Shown here: piece after piece, positions 1 through 12,600 of the stretch
Layout of the letters: each line of letters starts with the position of its first letter
How positions within the stretch are numbered: the stretch's first letter is position 1
Origin: Amoebophrya sp. A120
Lineage: Eukaryota > Protista > Dinoflagellata
Direction: 5' to 3'
Length of the DNA: 64,000 bases
NCBI GenBank assembly: GCA_905178155.1
Contig: CAJINV010000001.1
Location: 8,277,599-8,341,598 of the forward strand
Program-made: the position numbers and the translations under genes
Notes under the pieces: generated by a model
What the model was told of the DNA's origin: nothing
The model's input: the letters and a program-made list of their open reading frames with translations, nothing else
The model's database searches: none

Positions 1-3000
1 GTGGCTTTGATGGGTGGCTCCTCGGTCTCGGGTTCGTATTTGTCGCTGGGCGGCTCCAGCAGCTCGGTGCTGGTCTCATTGTACCCTGCCGGCACCAGTT
101 TCGAATGCAGCAAGTCCAGTGGCGGCACAAAGTCTTCCAGTTCTTCGCAGAACTCGTCGCACTTGACGTTCTCCGGGCTGACGCCGGGGCCCGTGAGGAA
201 AAACTGCACGACTCCCGCCGTTGGACCGCACAGCAGGTCGTAGGTGAGCTCTCCCACGTCTCCGGGCTTCATGGTCCCGAGACAGGGTTGCTGCCCCGAA
301 GTCGAGATGGTCTGCACGACGCCGAGCATGGTTTGCCCAAACTTCGGGTACGCTTGCTGCAATCGCGGACCGTCGCCGAAGGGCGACGGGTGGGAGATGA
401 TTGTCGATGGGTCGTCTCCGGCCGTGGATTTTGTTCCCAAGGTCAGGTCCCCGGCCGTCGGCAGCTTCAGTCTCTGGCCATTGTCCACCATTTCTGTCAA
501 CAGGGGGAAGCCGCCGGTCGAAAAAATGCTCCCTCCGCCACCCCGCCCGAGGTACAGGCTGGCGGCCGCTGCCGCCATGTGCGCGGGGCCCTTCAGAGCG
601 TTGTTTTCGACGTTTTTCTTCAGCACTGGCACACCGCGGTCGTCGAATTCAAAATCTCCATTCAACCAATGGTGCTCCAACTCTGGGGGCAGCGCCCCGT
701 GCTGGCCATGCTCGTGGCTGGCGTAAAACACCGCCGCTTTGCCCTCCTCGTGACCGTGCTTGGCGAACACCTGCCACTCGTGCCGCGCTTCCACATCCGG
801 TTCGCACTGCTGAAACATCCAGCAGCCGGAAACGAAGGAAAACGCCATGAAATTCATCGTTCTCAGGGACGAACACAGTTCGATGCAGTCGTTCACGGTG
901 GACGCTTGTGCGGAGTGGATGGAACGGTCGGTGACTTTGCAAGGCAATGTGTTGTAGGCGAGGGGCACCAAAGCCGGGGAGTTCAGCACCGCGAAGTCCT
1001 TCTTCACGTTCGGCACCGGGTGCCCGGTCAAGGCCACGACCGCACTCGTTCCCGGGACCTGCATCGTGATGCCAACGCCGCCGTTCACAGGCGCGTGGTC
1101 GTCCATTTTTTTGGGAAACAACCCCACACTGTAGCCGACCTCGACTGAGCGACACACCTGCTTGACGCACCGGTTCACCTCGCTCCCGGGTGCGAAACAG
1201 TCTTCCTGTGTGAAGCACTTTTTCTCCTGGATGTCCACCTGTTTCGCCAGAATCTCGATAAGCACCGAGGACGGCACGCCGTAGGACAGTTTTACCGGAA
1301 TCGACGCGACATCCGCGTGCTCCTTCAGAACTAGAGTGTTCAGCAGAATGTCCCGTTTGTGCTCCCCGGCGTGCATAATCACCTCCACGGGCGTGGCCAC
1401 CTGTCCGGAACATTGCCCAACGTAGGACAGGACGGACTTCTGAAAGGAGGGAACCATGGAACACCCCTTGATGGTCAGTCCGCCCAGAGCTGCCTGCTGT
1501 TTCGATACCGCCATCTCAACCTTTTCCTCGACGTGGTAGTGCGTGTGCATACCGTGAAGGTCGAGAACGATCTTTTTCAGAACCTTTTTGCAGTACCCCA
1601 ACTGCTGGACGCACACAATACTTTCCGCGTCCGGCCCGCAGTCTGACTGGTCGCGACAGGCATTTCCTTTGTCATGCGCCAAAGTCTGCAGCTCCATGAA
1701 AGACGGCGGGCGAGAAAACGCCTCGAAGGGAAGCTCCCAAAACGCACCGTGTGCCACCATGCGCGGGTGCCACAGTTGCGTATTCACCATCACGTCGTGA
1801 CGACTGCTGAAGTAGATCCACGCGGAACCCGGGTTGAAGCACTCCAATTTGTATTTTTCTGTGCCTGGATCGAAGTGCGGCGTCATGATGCACTGCGAAT
1901 CGAACAGCCCCTTGTACCTTTTTATACATAAACATAAGTAGTATGTGCTAAGTATCTCCACCTCCATAATATGGAAAGCAAAGGATGCTGCCAGTTTTAC
2001 ATTCAGGATCCGATGTTGTCATCTTCAGACATAGAAACCTCAATGCCACATACGTAACTACCCGAGATCTAGCAGCCGTCCGTTGTCGTTGATGTCCAGC
2101 CGACTTTCGTCATCCAGGCGCTGTTGGTAATCGTCAGACAGCTCTTTCTCCAGTACGATCAAGTAGTTCGTCACACCGCCGTGCGTGAAAGACGCCAGGT
2201 CCTCCGTAAGCATGCGCCGCTCGGTTTCTTCGTGATTATCCCTGTCCTGCTCCTGCCATAGATGGTAAGCCTCTGCTTGTGATACCATTTCCATTTCGTT
2301 TTCGATGTCACCAGTCGCTGTCACCTCGTTCCGCTGCATTTCGACGCCCCTGTCACTTCCACTGCCAAGGATACCTTTCAACTCCTGCAAGGTGCGTCGC
2401 GAAAGACTACTACTAGAGCCATGCTTTTTCTTCTCCTTATGCGGCGTTTTGAACTCCGTTCCGGGGCGCGCGCTGTGGCAGCCGCATCCCACGTTGATTT
2501 CCATGGCCGCAGTCAGCATGGTGTTCGAAGTTTCAAAAACCTCCCACACTTCGGACCGGGACTTGGCAATGGACGACGATACGTCCCAGCGGAAGGGGTA
2601 CGTATCGCCGAGCACGAAGCCGTCGTTGTACGGGATTTCCACATCGTTCATTTCCGTCACGGCGTTCGAATCATTTGGCACCACGTACATAGTTATCAAA
2701 TGCAAAAATGTCTGGGTCTGGGAGAGTCATGCTATTTTTGCATGACGCAGAAGGTCTGGCATGGAAGCTCTAGCATCACAGGTTTCGAGAAGCTTCCGCA
2801 ATGCCAAATACGCATGACAAATCCCCCAGCTTGGTGACAGAAACTGGGCAGCTTTTGCTACCTATGCATGAGAGATTTTTCTGTGTTCTGAAATGCGCAT
2901 CACAAGTTACATCCTTCCAGACCCAGACATTTTTGCATTTGATAATAGTCACGCGCTTCAAATCTTCCGCTTTGCAGCGCACGCGAACGATCCGCTCGTA

Positions 3001-4047
3001 TTGCTTCTTGAGCGTGTGAAAGAATTTCTCTTCCGAGGGAAAAAGCAGCTCCGAGTAGGTACAAGATTCCGGCAAATAGTAGTCCGAAATTTCCATGCTG
3101 GACAACCCGGGAATGGAACAGGCCACCCCCGTCGCGTAGGCGATGTCGCTATCCAACGAAAATTGGCTGAACATGGGGTGCTGACTGGTGTAGAAGTGGA
3201 TGTTCATCGGCACCGCGCCACCGCAACTCACCGCAATCACGGACCGGGGCAAAACGACCTCCACGGCGCGGGGACTGCACACCGTGTGAATTAGCGGTAA
3301 GGTGTCCTGGATCACGGCGCCGGCCTGCTCCCCCTCCGCTTCTTCGGCGCGATCCATCAAAGGGTTCAAAATGCTAAAATGGTCACTGCACAAGTCGGAG
3401 GTCAAAGCCCCGAAGGTTTCGGTGACCACCATATCCAGCACGCTCTGGTCCCCATCCTCCTGCACCGAGTGGCACTGCGGGATGCGCTCGGCGAAAGTGA
3501 CGGACGTGGGATGGAACAGGAGCTTCAGTCTGTCCTTTTCCCCGAAATCGAAACAGTAAACGGCATTGCCCTGCATTTCGCAGCGATCGCAGGCTTCGAA
3601 CCCGACGACCCATTCCCCACGGGACACCCAGCGCACGAGCCGCTTATTGTGCCGGTTGATGTTCAAGTCCACTAATTTGTCCGCCCCTTTTCGAGACAAG
3701 TGCTGCTCCGGGCTGCCGAGCCTGCGCTTCGCCGGTTCAGCGTGAATGAAGTCCGGGTGGTGCTGGAGGGCAGGCGGTTTTTTGCTCGTTTTCGCAGAAA
3801 TAGGAACACCTGCGAGAGGAGTGTGATCTGCACTCACTGCTACGCGAGTGGATGAACTGGCGGCGTCCCGGCCTTTCAACTCCGCTCCTTCTACTGCTTT
3901 CCGTGAACGGCGGCTGGCAGTTTCCGGCAGGGCAGTCCAGGCAACTTTTTGCGCAGTTGCGATACTTTCATGGACGGCTGCAAGGAGTGGCGACAGCAGC
4001 AGCCTTACGGCATACCGCAAAACCGAAGGACGGCGAGTCCGCCGCAT
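1..4047 (-). CDS. Large putative secreted Cys-rich protein (>1200 aa, 3' end beyond window)
   Basis: Exons 4047-2945 and 2688-2062 join in frame across an introner (KRVT|MYVVPND). A GT-AG intron at 2061-1918 (LDLG|YKGL) leads to an open frame from 1917 to 1 that is not in the ORF track. Hydrophobic N-terminus (YAVRLLLSPLLAAVHESIA), two C-x4-C-x8-C-x4/6-C modules (CRDQSDC..., CFTQEDC...) and a PAN/apple-like segment (TVNDCIELCSSLRTMNFMAFSFVSGCWMF). Confidence 0.7.
2694..2944. mobile_element. Introner/MITE family A, 251 bp
   Basis: Perfect 28-bp TIR TATCAAATGCAAAAATGTCTGGGTCTGG; 5-bp TSD ATAGT (2689-2693, 2945-2949); interrupts an exon. Confidence 0.92.
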
Positions 4048-4788
4048 CGTCGACGGTGATAGTCTACTCCACCCTAGTGGACTGCGTTAGTCCTTGCACG
4101 GTAAACGATGAAATCCATAGTTCTGCAGCGAGGGCTTACTTCGACACGCAAGTGTGCCTGAGCAAAAAGGTCATTGTGATTCGGAAAAACAGTGTAAGTC
4201 CCCTTGTGTTCGCTCACCTGCTTCTCTCCGCATCAACGCCACTCTTGTCAATATCACTCCCAATCCATGAAAAAACGGTGGATGGTAGACGAACACACAC
4301 AACAACACCGCACCGAAGGTATTGGTGGAGCGGAAACTCAAACTACCCCTGTTTACCATGACTTTTGGCCGATATTTAGTCACGACACATCACATACCGG
4401 ACCAGTTCGTACTCTGTTGTCGATTTTCAATGTCAGCAAGATGTTCTTACGTCGCTGGTGCGTCGAAACTGATTTTTGATCGGTAGACAACTATCTGTGA
4501 AACTACAATTAGTGCGGACTTACACTAGTCACACGTGCTCTACGAAAAAGGCATGCATGCTGTAGTTAAACACTGTAAAATCGTACGCACGCGCATCTAT
4601 GTAGAGTACATCTTAAAATTTCGGAATGGGTGTTGGGAACCTCGTCTCCAGGACAAAGCCCCCTTTCCAAAAAAAACTGAGTTTTGTTTTTTTATATTGT
4701 GGAAAAAGTGCCAAACAGACCGATTTACATTTAGTATACAAAACCATCTAGAAATAAATGCGAGAAAACTATGGAGAGTAAAGCACGC

Positions 4789-7700
4789 TTACTCGATACA
4801 CAAAATTGTTACGGGGATACACACCAGACCTATGAGTAGCACTATTGGCAACCCAAGCTTCGGGAAATCGTTGAAAGAGTAGTCTCCTGCTGAAAATGCC
4901 ATCAGATTTGTTTGGTACGAGACCGGTGACAGCATCTGACAGCCGGCGCCAATCATCAGAATACACACGGCTTGGTGCACTGGGACGTTCAATGCATGTG
5001 CCGAGTCCAAACAGACTGGGAACATGAGGATAACCACGGCCGTCGCGTGGAAAACAATCCCCAACATGACAGTCACCAGGAATATCCCGGCCAGCAGACC
5101 AGGAGCGCCGAACGGAGCCATGGCCTGCGTCACGTACGAAGCCAGCAGAAACGCGACTTTCGTCTGGCCAATCGCGTCCCCGAGTCCGAAAGCGCCGACA
5201 ATCGTCAGAACCGTGCGGATCTTGATCGCTTTCAAAGCGATTTCCTTCGACATGCAATCCGTGTAGGTGAGCGCGACTGCTGCGGACATGCACGCGGTTA
5301 AGAGCGGTAAGGTGTTGGTCGACACACACACCACCATGCAGAGCAGAATCACCAGCGAGGCAATTTGCTTCACCATCGACACTTCGTCGTCGCTCTGCTT
5401 CGTTCCCTCCTGCTCCTGTCTCGCGCGCTCCGCGGCCTCGCGCGCCGCTTCCTCCTCTTCGTCGACGACCGTGCGCACGCCGAAGAACTCGTTGGACTTC
5501 CAATGGCGGTCGGAAAAACCAGAAGCGGCGAACAGGACCAGCGTGTCACCAAGCGCGTACTTCCGCCCACCCATCTCCGCCACGGTGTAATCCAAAACGC
5601 CCCTTCGCACCCTCCTCGGGTCGTAATTCACCGACAAAGCCCCACGCAAGGAGTCCGTCAGAGACAACGGCCGCACTCCGAGCACGTGCGCACCATACCT
5701 CTTCCGCACGTCGCGGTTCAGACACATGCGCTGCCCAATCAGAGCGCACGAGGCGTCCAGCACGACCTCGCACACGTCCATGTTCTCGCTCGCCCGGAAC
5801 TGGATCGGGTCGCCGATGTCGCGCGTGATGATCGACAGCGCCGGGTTGTGGTGTATGGCGAGAATCTGCAGACTGCTGGTGTACAGGATCACCACGTCGT
5901 AAAACTGAAACGCGAAATTCGGCTCGGAAACGTCCTTCACCTGCCCGAACCTCTCCACCGCGATCGCCTCACATCCCAGCTGTCCGTCCAAAAAGTCCAC
6001 ATCTTTCAGCCCCTTCCCCACGTACGCGTGACTCACGAGCTGCACGCTGACCACGTACCGCTTCGTGTCCTTGCGCCGCTGCTTCCTCGCCTGAATCTTC
6101 TTCGTCGCGGCCTCGGTCGCCTGTCCTGGTGCTCTGTCGTCCTGTGGGTTCTCGCCAGCGGTGCTCTTCGAAACACCGTTTTCAAGCAACGGCTGGCCAA
6201 GAGCTGTGTTCATTTTCGGACTTTCCAAGAACTGGGCCATAGTCGGCGTATCCGGCTGTACGGCGTTCTCCTCCTCCTCCTTACCCGTTTCCTCGTGGCT
6301 CTGGAGGTCCGGGAAGAGGCACTCCATCAAAATGAAGACGCAGAGCAACGCGACCACGGTTGCGGCGATCGCGACCGGCGCGATCTCGAACGTCGTGAAG
6401 GGCACTTGGCCGGACTTGATCATTAGGCCCTGCGCAATCAAATTGGACGAAGTTGCGAAAATCGCGACCGTACCGGAGATCAGCAAGATGAAGGACAAGG
6501 GCATCAGAAACATGTTTTTCGAAATCCCGATGTCCAAGGACCACTTCTCCAAGATCGGCATCAAAATGCTCATGTTCGCCGTGTTCGACATGCCAATGTT
6601 CATCACAATCGCGGGCACCATCAGCCGGAGCGTGGCCATCTTAAAACCCTTTGGCCTTCCGAGCAGAAAGATGAAGATCTTCTCCACCGCCCCGGCCCGC
6701 TCGACCCCCTGCGCGACCACGCCGAGCACCGCGACGGACAGAACCACCTGGTTGCTGAACCCGGCCCACGCCTTGTCCAGGTCCAGCACCTGGCACAAGC
6801 AGAGAAACAAGGTGGCGATCACAAGCACGATGTCGCTGTCCTTGCCCTGCACGAGCAGGTTCAGCACGATCGCAGTCACCCAGATGACCAAATACGGCTG
6901 CCACGTGGGGACCACATCCGCGTTCTCGGTGAACAAGGGAAAAAACTCCACGCGCCAACACTCGTACATCACCGCCGCGGCCACGATCGCAAACCCTGTG
7001 TTCGCATTGATTAATTCCGCCCCAATCGTCTCCCACATACTCTCGTCCTCCTCGTCTTCCAAGGCCAACGCCGCCTGGGACTTCGCAAATCCCGCTTCCT
7101 CGGCGTCGGAATCCCCGCCGTCCTGATCCACGATAACCGCATCCGCATCGATGCTGCGACGCTCGCTTACCAGGTTCCGGTCCAGGATTTGCACGACCTG
7201 GAATTGATTTTAGGGGCACATGATCAGAAAGTGACTTGAATTTCTTTTGTGCTTTGCTTCAATAAATCTTGTGGCACACCATCTGCAACTTCTGCACTAA
7301 ACACACCATGTCGCGTGCTGTTCCGTTCGTGTACATATTTCCCTCGAACCTGAAAGTGAGTAAACCAAACGTAAGGAGAAAAAAAAACTGGATCCTTCAC
7401 AAATCAATACCGTGAGTAGAGACGGGCTTTCCTTTTGTTTCTGCGGGGAGTCCTCGAGTCCCTGGAGCGCAGCTACGACGCGGTGGCGGTCCGTATGGCT
7501 GATGACCTTGCCAATAACGATCTTCTTTTGCTTCTTTCCCGTGCCGTCCTTGGAAGTCGTTTCTCTGGACAGCAAGCTCGTCAGTTTGCCCGTTGCTTGC
7601 CGCCAGAGGGATTTCGACCTCGGCGTCGTGACGGCTTGGTTTTTGAGGTCGTTGCCTGCTCCGAGGTCGTCATCTGGTATGCTGCCAAGGGTCTTCGCCA

Positions 7701-8727
7701 GGTCAGTGCTTTTATTACCGCTCATCTTCGCACCCAATTTCATCAGGGGTGGCAATTTGTCGTCGTCGTCGTTGTCGAGCAGCGGGTCGTTCAAATTCGA
7801 TTCGGAACCGAACGAGTGCGACCCGAGAAATGCCTTGCCCACGTTGCTCCACCGCCGCTTGACCGTGAGCGGTTCGCCCGCTTCCCCGTCGTTGGAGTAA
7901 TCGAACGCGCGGGACAGGATCAATTTGATCGGGTGCCAGCGCAGGTAGGCCGACCCGGCCCGGGTGTCCGCCAAAGCCACCATCGTGTCGGTCTCCAGCG
8001 GACTGTAGATTTTCACCCCTCTTGGCGAACTTGGCGACCCCGGCTTCGCGTGGTCCTTCTGCTTCTTGCTCCGGACGGTCTCGAGCCGTTTCTGCAGTTG
8101 CTCGTTGGCGTCCACGAGCAGGTCGAACTTCCGCAGAATCCGCCGGATCGCCTCCGTGTTCACTTTCGCGAACAGAATCAAGCGGTCTATACGCGCGATG
8201 TTTCGGCGCACGATGCTCTCCGACTCGATGTCCGTGAGTGGCGCGGTTTTGCTGTTGCTTTTGTCCGCCTGCTGGTAGGTCTCGTCCCGGTCCCACCCGA
8301 GCGGCCCGGCGGCCCGCGAGGCACCGAGGGACACACGGCTCGACCCACCCTCTCGCCCGGCGATCTCCACCACGTGCGACGTCTCCGCCTTCACCTCCGC
8401 CTCGCTTTCCCGCGCGGTCCACCGCTTCAAACTGTCGAGGATGACGCCTTCGCGGTACACGTAGAACTGCACAAAGCGCAGAATCGCACTCTGCAACTCC
8501 TGCAGAAAACGTTCGGTGGCGTGCTGCGGGTCCCGCTCCACTTCGGTGAGTAGGTCGGCAAACGTGTCATACGAAACGTAGTACACTCGCCACTCGGGAA
8601 TCATCTCCGCGACCCATTTCTGCCCGCGCCACGTCTGCTCCACCTCCACCAGCGCCGGGTTCGCCTTCTCCCGTTCCGCGTTGGTGGATTGCACCACGAT
8701 CTTATCTAGGTTTTTTGCTGGCAACAT
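4789..8727 (-). CDS. SPX domain + SLC13/CitMHS-type permease with TrkA-C-like loop (SPX-SLC phosphate/anion transporter)
   Basis: Exon 1 has SPX motifs (MIPEWRVYYVSY; FAKVNTEAIRRILRKFD). A phase-0 GT-AG intron at 7410-7198 joins it to the 801-aa permease ORF (AWAGFSNQ, MSNTA..MPI, LMPLSF, ATSSNL, SPVSYQTNLM..AGDYSFNDF.KLG). Confidence 0.85.
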
Positions 8728-9632
8728 TCGTTTCAAATCTCAACAAAATACTGCGAAAAAGACGTACGATGATGCTGAAGAAAGTTCTTAGTATTGGTGT
8801 GGTCTCGTCACACAGAACATGCCCATGTGATTTGTGACATCACCAGATTGTAAATTTGGGCTTACTTCTTCATTCGAAAAGGAAGTGCAACCGCAGGTCC
8901 TGGTAATTTTTTGCGGAAAAACAACTAGATCATACAGGCTTGGGTATGCGCTGCTAGAATGGCAATTCTGACACTGTTGACTTTGCGTACGAGTTCACGT
9001 GGAACGGCCATCCGATGGAATCTGTTCTTGTGCACGAACCGAGCTTGGCGTGGCTGAACGAGCGCGGTGTTTGGAACGATGCCAGAATGAATCCGTTGCA
9101 AAAACAGGTACCATTGAATGAGCACGAACCGATTCTTTGGACACAGAGCAGAGCGTGAAAAACCGACGCTCCTATACCGAAGATTGTAAGAAGTGCACCA
9201 CCGAGCGTACAAATCTTTAAACCTACCTTGACAGAAACACTCGCAACGATTGCTTGCGTAGTGACTTCGCTGGTGCCCTATAAACGGCGCCGTTGCATCA
9301 AAGTGAAATTTCCACTTACTCTTTAGCGTTTTCTTGATGCTTTGCTCTTACCTTACGGCGCAGTGTAGTTCATTCGTTGAAAAGTTCAGCTATGCTGTAT
9401 TCAAGTTCGTTGACAGAGTGAGAAAGTGACGAAAAAGGAAATGCAAAACAATGGTGTCTTTTTGTTTGACACTTGCAAAAACTGAACCGAGTTAGTACAA
9501 CCAGGTCGAAATAAACAGATTTCATCTTACTATCACAAAGTACTTATTCGGAGCGATTACGATAGTATGGTTGTTCTGATCTGGGTTCACATGATGCGGC
9601 ATTTCTTACTCGTACATACATGATGTGCAATA

Positions 9633-12600
9633 TCATACTCCCTTTTCCAGGCGCTCGATCAGCTCCTGCCTACGTCCGTGCGTCGGCAGACTCTGCTCCT
9701 TGAGGCGCTGCTTCAGTTCTGATATCGCTAGGCGATCTGTTGAAAAAGGTTTTTCTTTTTCCTTTCGTTTCAATCCCGATGGTGATTTACTCCGCAAGAA
9801 ACAGAAAAGACCAAAGTCAAACTCACTTATACTCTGCTGACATATTGAGTACTAGAAACAACAACAAGTGAACAAAAATTGTACTGAAGTCCTCCATCTG
9901 CATCGGCCTATACGGCGGAGGTTTGTTGTTCCCTCCGCTAGCAGCTTCCTGATCACTGTCGGCATCGTGGAAGCTGTCGCTGAGCCGCGGTTGGTGCGAA
10001 TCCGACTTGTCCCCACTGGACGGCCAGTCGTAGTCCGCATACTGTTCGTTTTCCCTCTCCGTGAGAAACACGTTGCTCTTCCGGCCTACGACATTCGTGT
10101 TCATTTCGACTGCACTGGTGCCGCAGTTTATCCGCGCGGCACCACTTAAACTCCCGTTGTAGGGGCTCGTGTTTGGAACAGCTCTACTTGAGCCGAGGCC
10201 GGAGTTAATATTCATCTCGTTAGTCGACGGCGTCAACAAGGAGGAGCTGATACTTGCAGCTGAGCCGGACAGTAGTTGCGATGCTGTTGTGCCACCTGTC
10301 GCTCCCGTGCTAGCTGACCCAAAAGCGCCCGTGACCGTCGAGAAATCGTTTGCCCCGAGGTCGTTATCCGCGAAGGGATTGTTGCTGTTTCGGAACTGCA
10401 TACCGTCTCCCGCCCTCGAAGAGCGAAAACTCGCCGCACCACTCGAGGCAGAAGATCCACCCCCCGCAACCGAGCCCGTGGCCCCGCGAAAGGAACTCGT
10501 GCCTCCGGCGCGTGGCAGCTGCGTGATGTCGTTGTTCGAGCCGTTCCGCGAGGAGCCTTGCAGATTGGACAGCTTCTGCACGAAGCTACCGGCAGAGTGG
10601 TGGCTACCCGCGCGACTGGAGGTGTTGTAGGTTCCGGCGTCCGCTTCGACATCACTGGCGGACGAACAGCTGCCCTGATCCGTGGTCGACATGATGGGGT
10701 CGGCGTTCACGCCACTGTTCTGTCTCGCTATAATAGTACTACCCGGCTTGTTCTCGTGAAGATGCATCCCGAAGGGGGTGCTTCCGTATCTCCCGTTCGC
10801 CTCTCCCCTGCTGGTCCCGATGCTGTTGCGCTCAGTTTTGAACTGCAGGGCGAAACTCTCCTCGGAATAATTCTTGAACCCGTTGCTTTGAGGTGGCGCG
10901 CCAGTAGTTCTACTGCCGGCGGCCGAGGATGGTGCTAACATGGTTCCCCCGGCGGATGTTGAAACAGCTTCGCGCTGGTGTTGAGACTGTTCGCGGGAGC
11001 CGGCTGTGAAGTTCATTTTTTCTGCGGGAATGAAGGAACCATTGCTAATTGCACCTTCTCCTGACGCCACACCTTCCCCGCCGTCCTCGTCGGCGTCAAC
11101 CACCAGCATTTCCGGTTCCGCAGGCTCCCATCGCTCTTCGTCTTCTTCCAGATTCAGAACGTCAAAATGCTCCTCGCCATTCGGGGACAACTCCTGGCGC
11201 GGAATCGACAAAGACGCGCCACTGCTCCTTGTTGGCACTTCCATCGGTTGTACTCTATTTCTCAAGTCCAGCAGCTCCTGGGTCTGCCTGTGCAGTTTTT
11301 GTCGCAGCAACTCATTCTGGCGTTTGAGGTCGCGGTTTTCTTTCTCCAGATCTGAGATCTGCAGCACGAAGTCAGACTCCTTTTCATGCTTTTCTCGAAG
11401 CTCCTCTTCCTGCAGGACACATTCCTCTTCCTTCCTGCGCAAATCACTTCTCAATTCCTCTATTTCTTGGTCCCGGTCCGAGCCTAGGCGCGTCAGGCTG
11501 TCAACGTGCTGGGTGTGCTGTTTCTCCTGCGCCTTCAAGCGATTAATCTCGGCAAGAAGAGATTGCTCTCGCCCGCGGTTTAAACCCTGCAGCTCCCCAT
11601 CGTTCGCCGACGATGTCGTTGTCACGCTGCGGAGCCCGACGGCACTGACAGAAAATGGGACGAGTGTACTTGTCACACAATTCTAGATGTGAATCTCATC
11701 ATTTCTGTGGTGTGGAGAAACTTAGGCACCTCCCCTTGAGTGAAAAATTCATGCTGAAAAAATGCGGATGTAGTCATGAGAATCCTCGCCACCAAAAACC
11801 GCATTTTATACCCTGCTCTATTATTCGCCACGGGCTGCTCTGGATCTACCGGACTTTGGTGCCTGCTCCGATTGGGAGCGTTGTGGCCTCCAAGTGTCGT
11901 CCTCCGAAGATCAGTTTCGCGGCGGTTGTATCAACTGCAAAAATGTCTGGGTCTGGAAGAGTCATGCTGCTTTTGCATGACACAGAATGTCTGTCATGGC
12001 AGCCCTAGCATCACAGATTTCGAGAAGCTTCCGCATTGCCTAATCCGCATGACAAATCCCCCATTTTGGTGACAGGAAGTGGGCATCTTTTGCTGCCTCT
12101 GCATGAGAGATTTTTATGGGTTGTAAAATGCGCATCACAAGTTGCATTCTTCCAGACCCAGACATTTTTACAGTTGATAGATTGCGCCCAAAAATACTGT
12201 CTGTCATTTTCGCGGCGATGCCAAAGATCCCGGATCCGGACGAGGAAGACGAGGCGGAGGCGCTTGAGGAAAGAGCTCCAGTCGTGCCATTTCCAGTTGC
12301 AACTGGACCGGATGCAGTGCCTGTATGTCACACAGACGAACGGTGGCTTATTTTTGCTATGTCTCACAAGCATCCAAAAGCCCCTCTCGACGACGACCAG
12401 AGAGCTAAAGCGAACATATATGCGAGCAGCACTTCAGTTTCTCCTAACAGAAGAAAGACATGATAAAAGCAAAAATTCTCTACCGTTGCTAGACGCTGAA
12501 GCCCCGGCTACAGACTCGCGCACTTTGCCCCTATCTGCCACACGTGGCGCCAACTGTAGTTTCTCAGTGTTTCCGCGCTGCGAGGGGCCAGAAAGATTTC

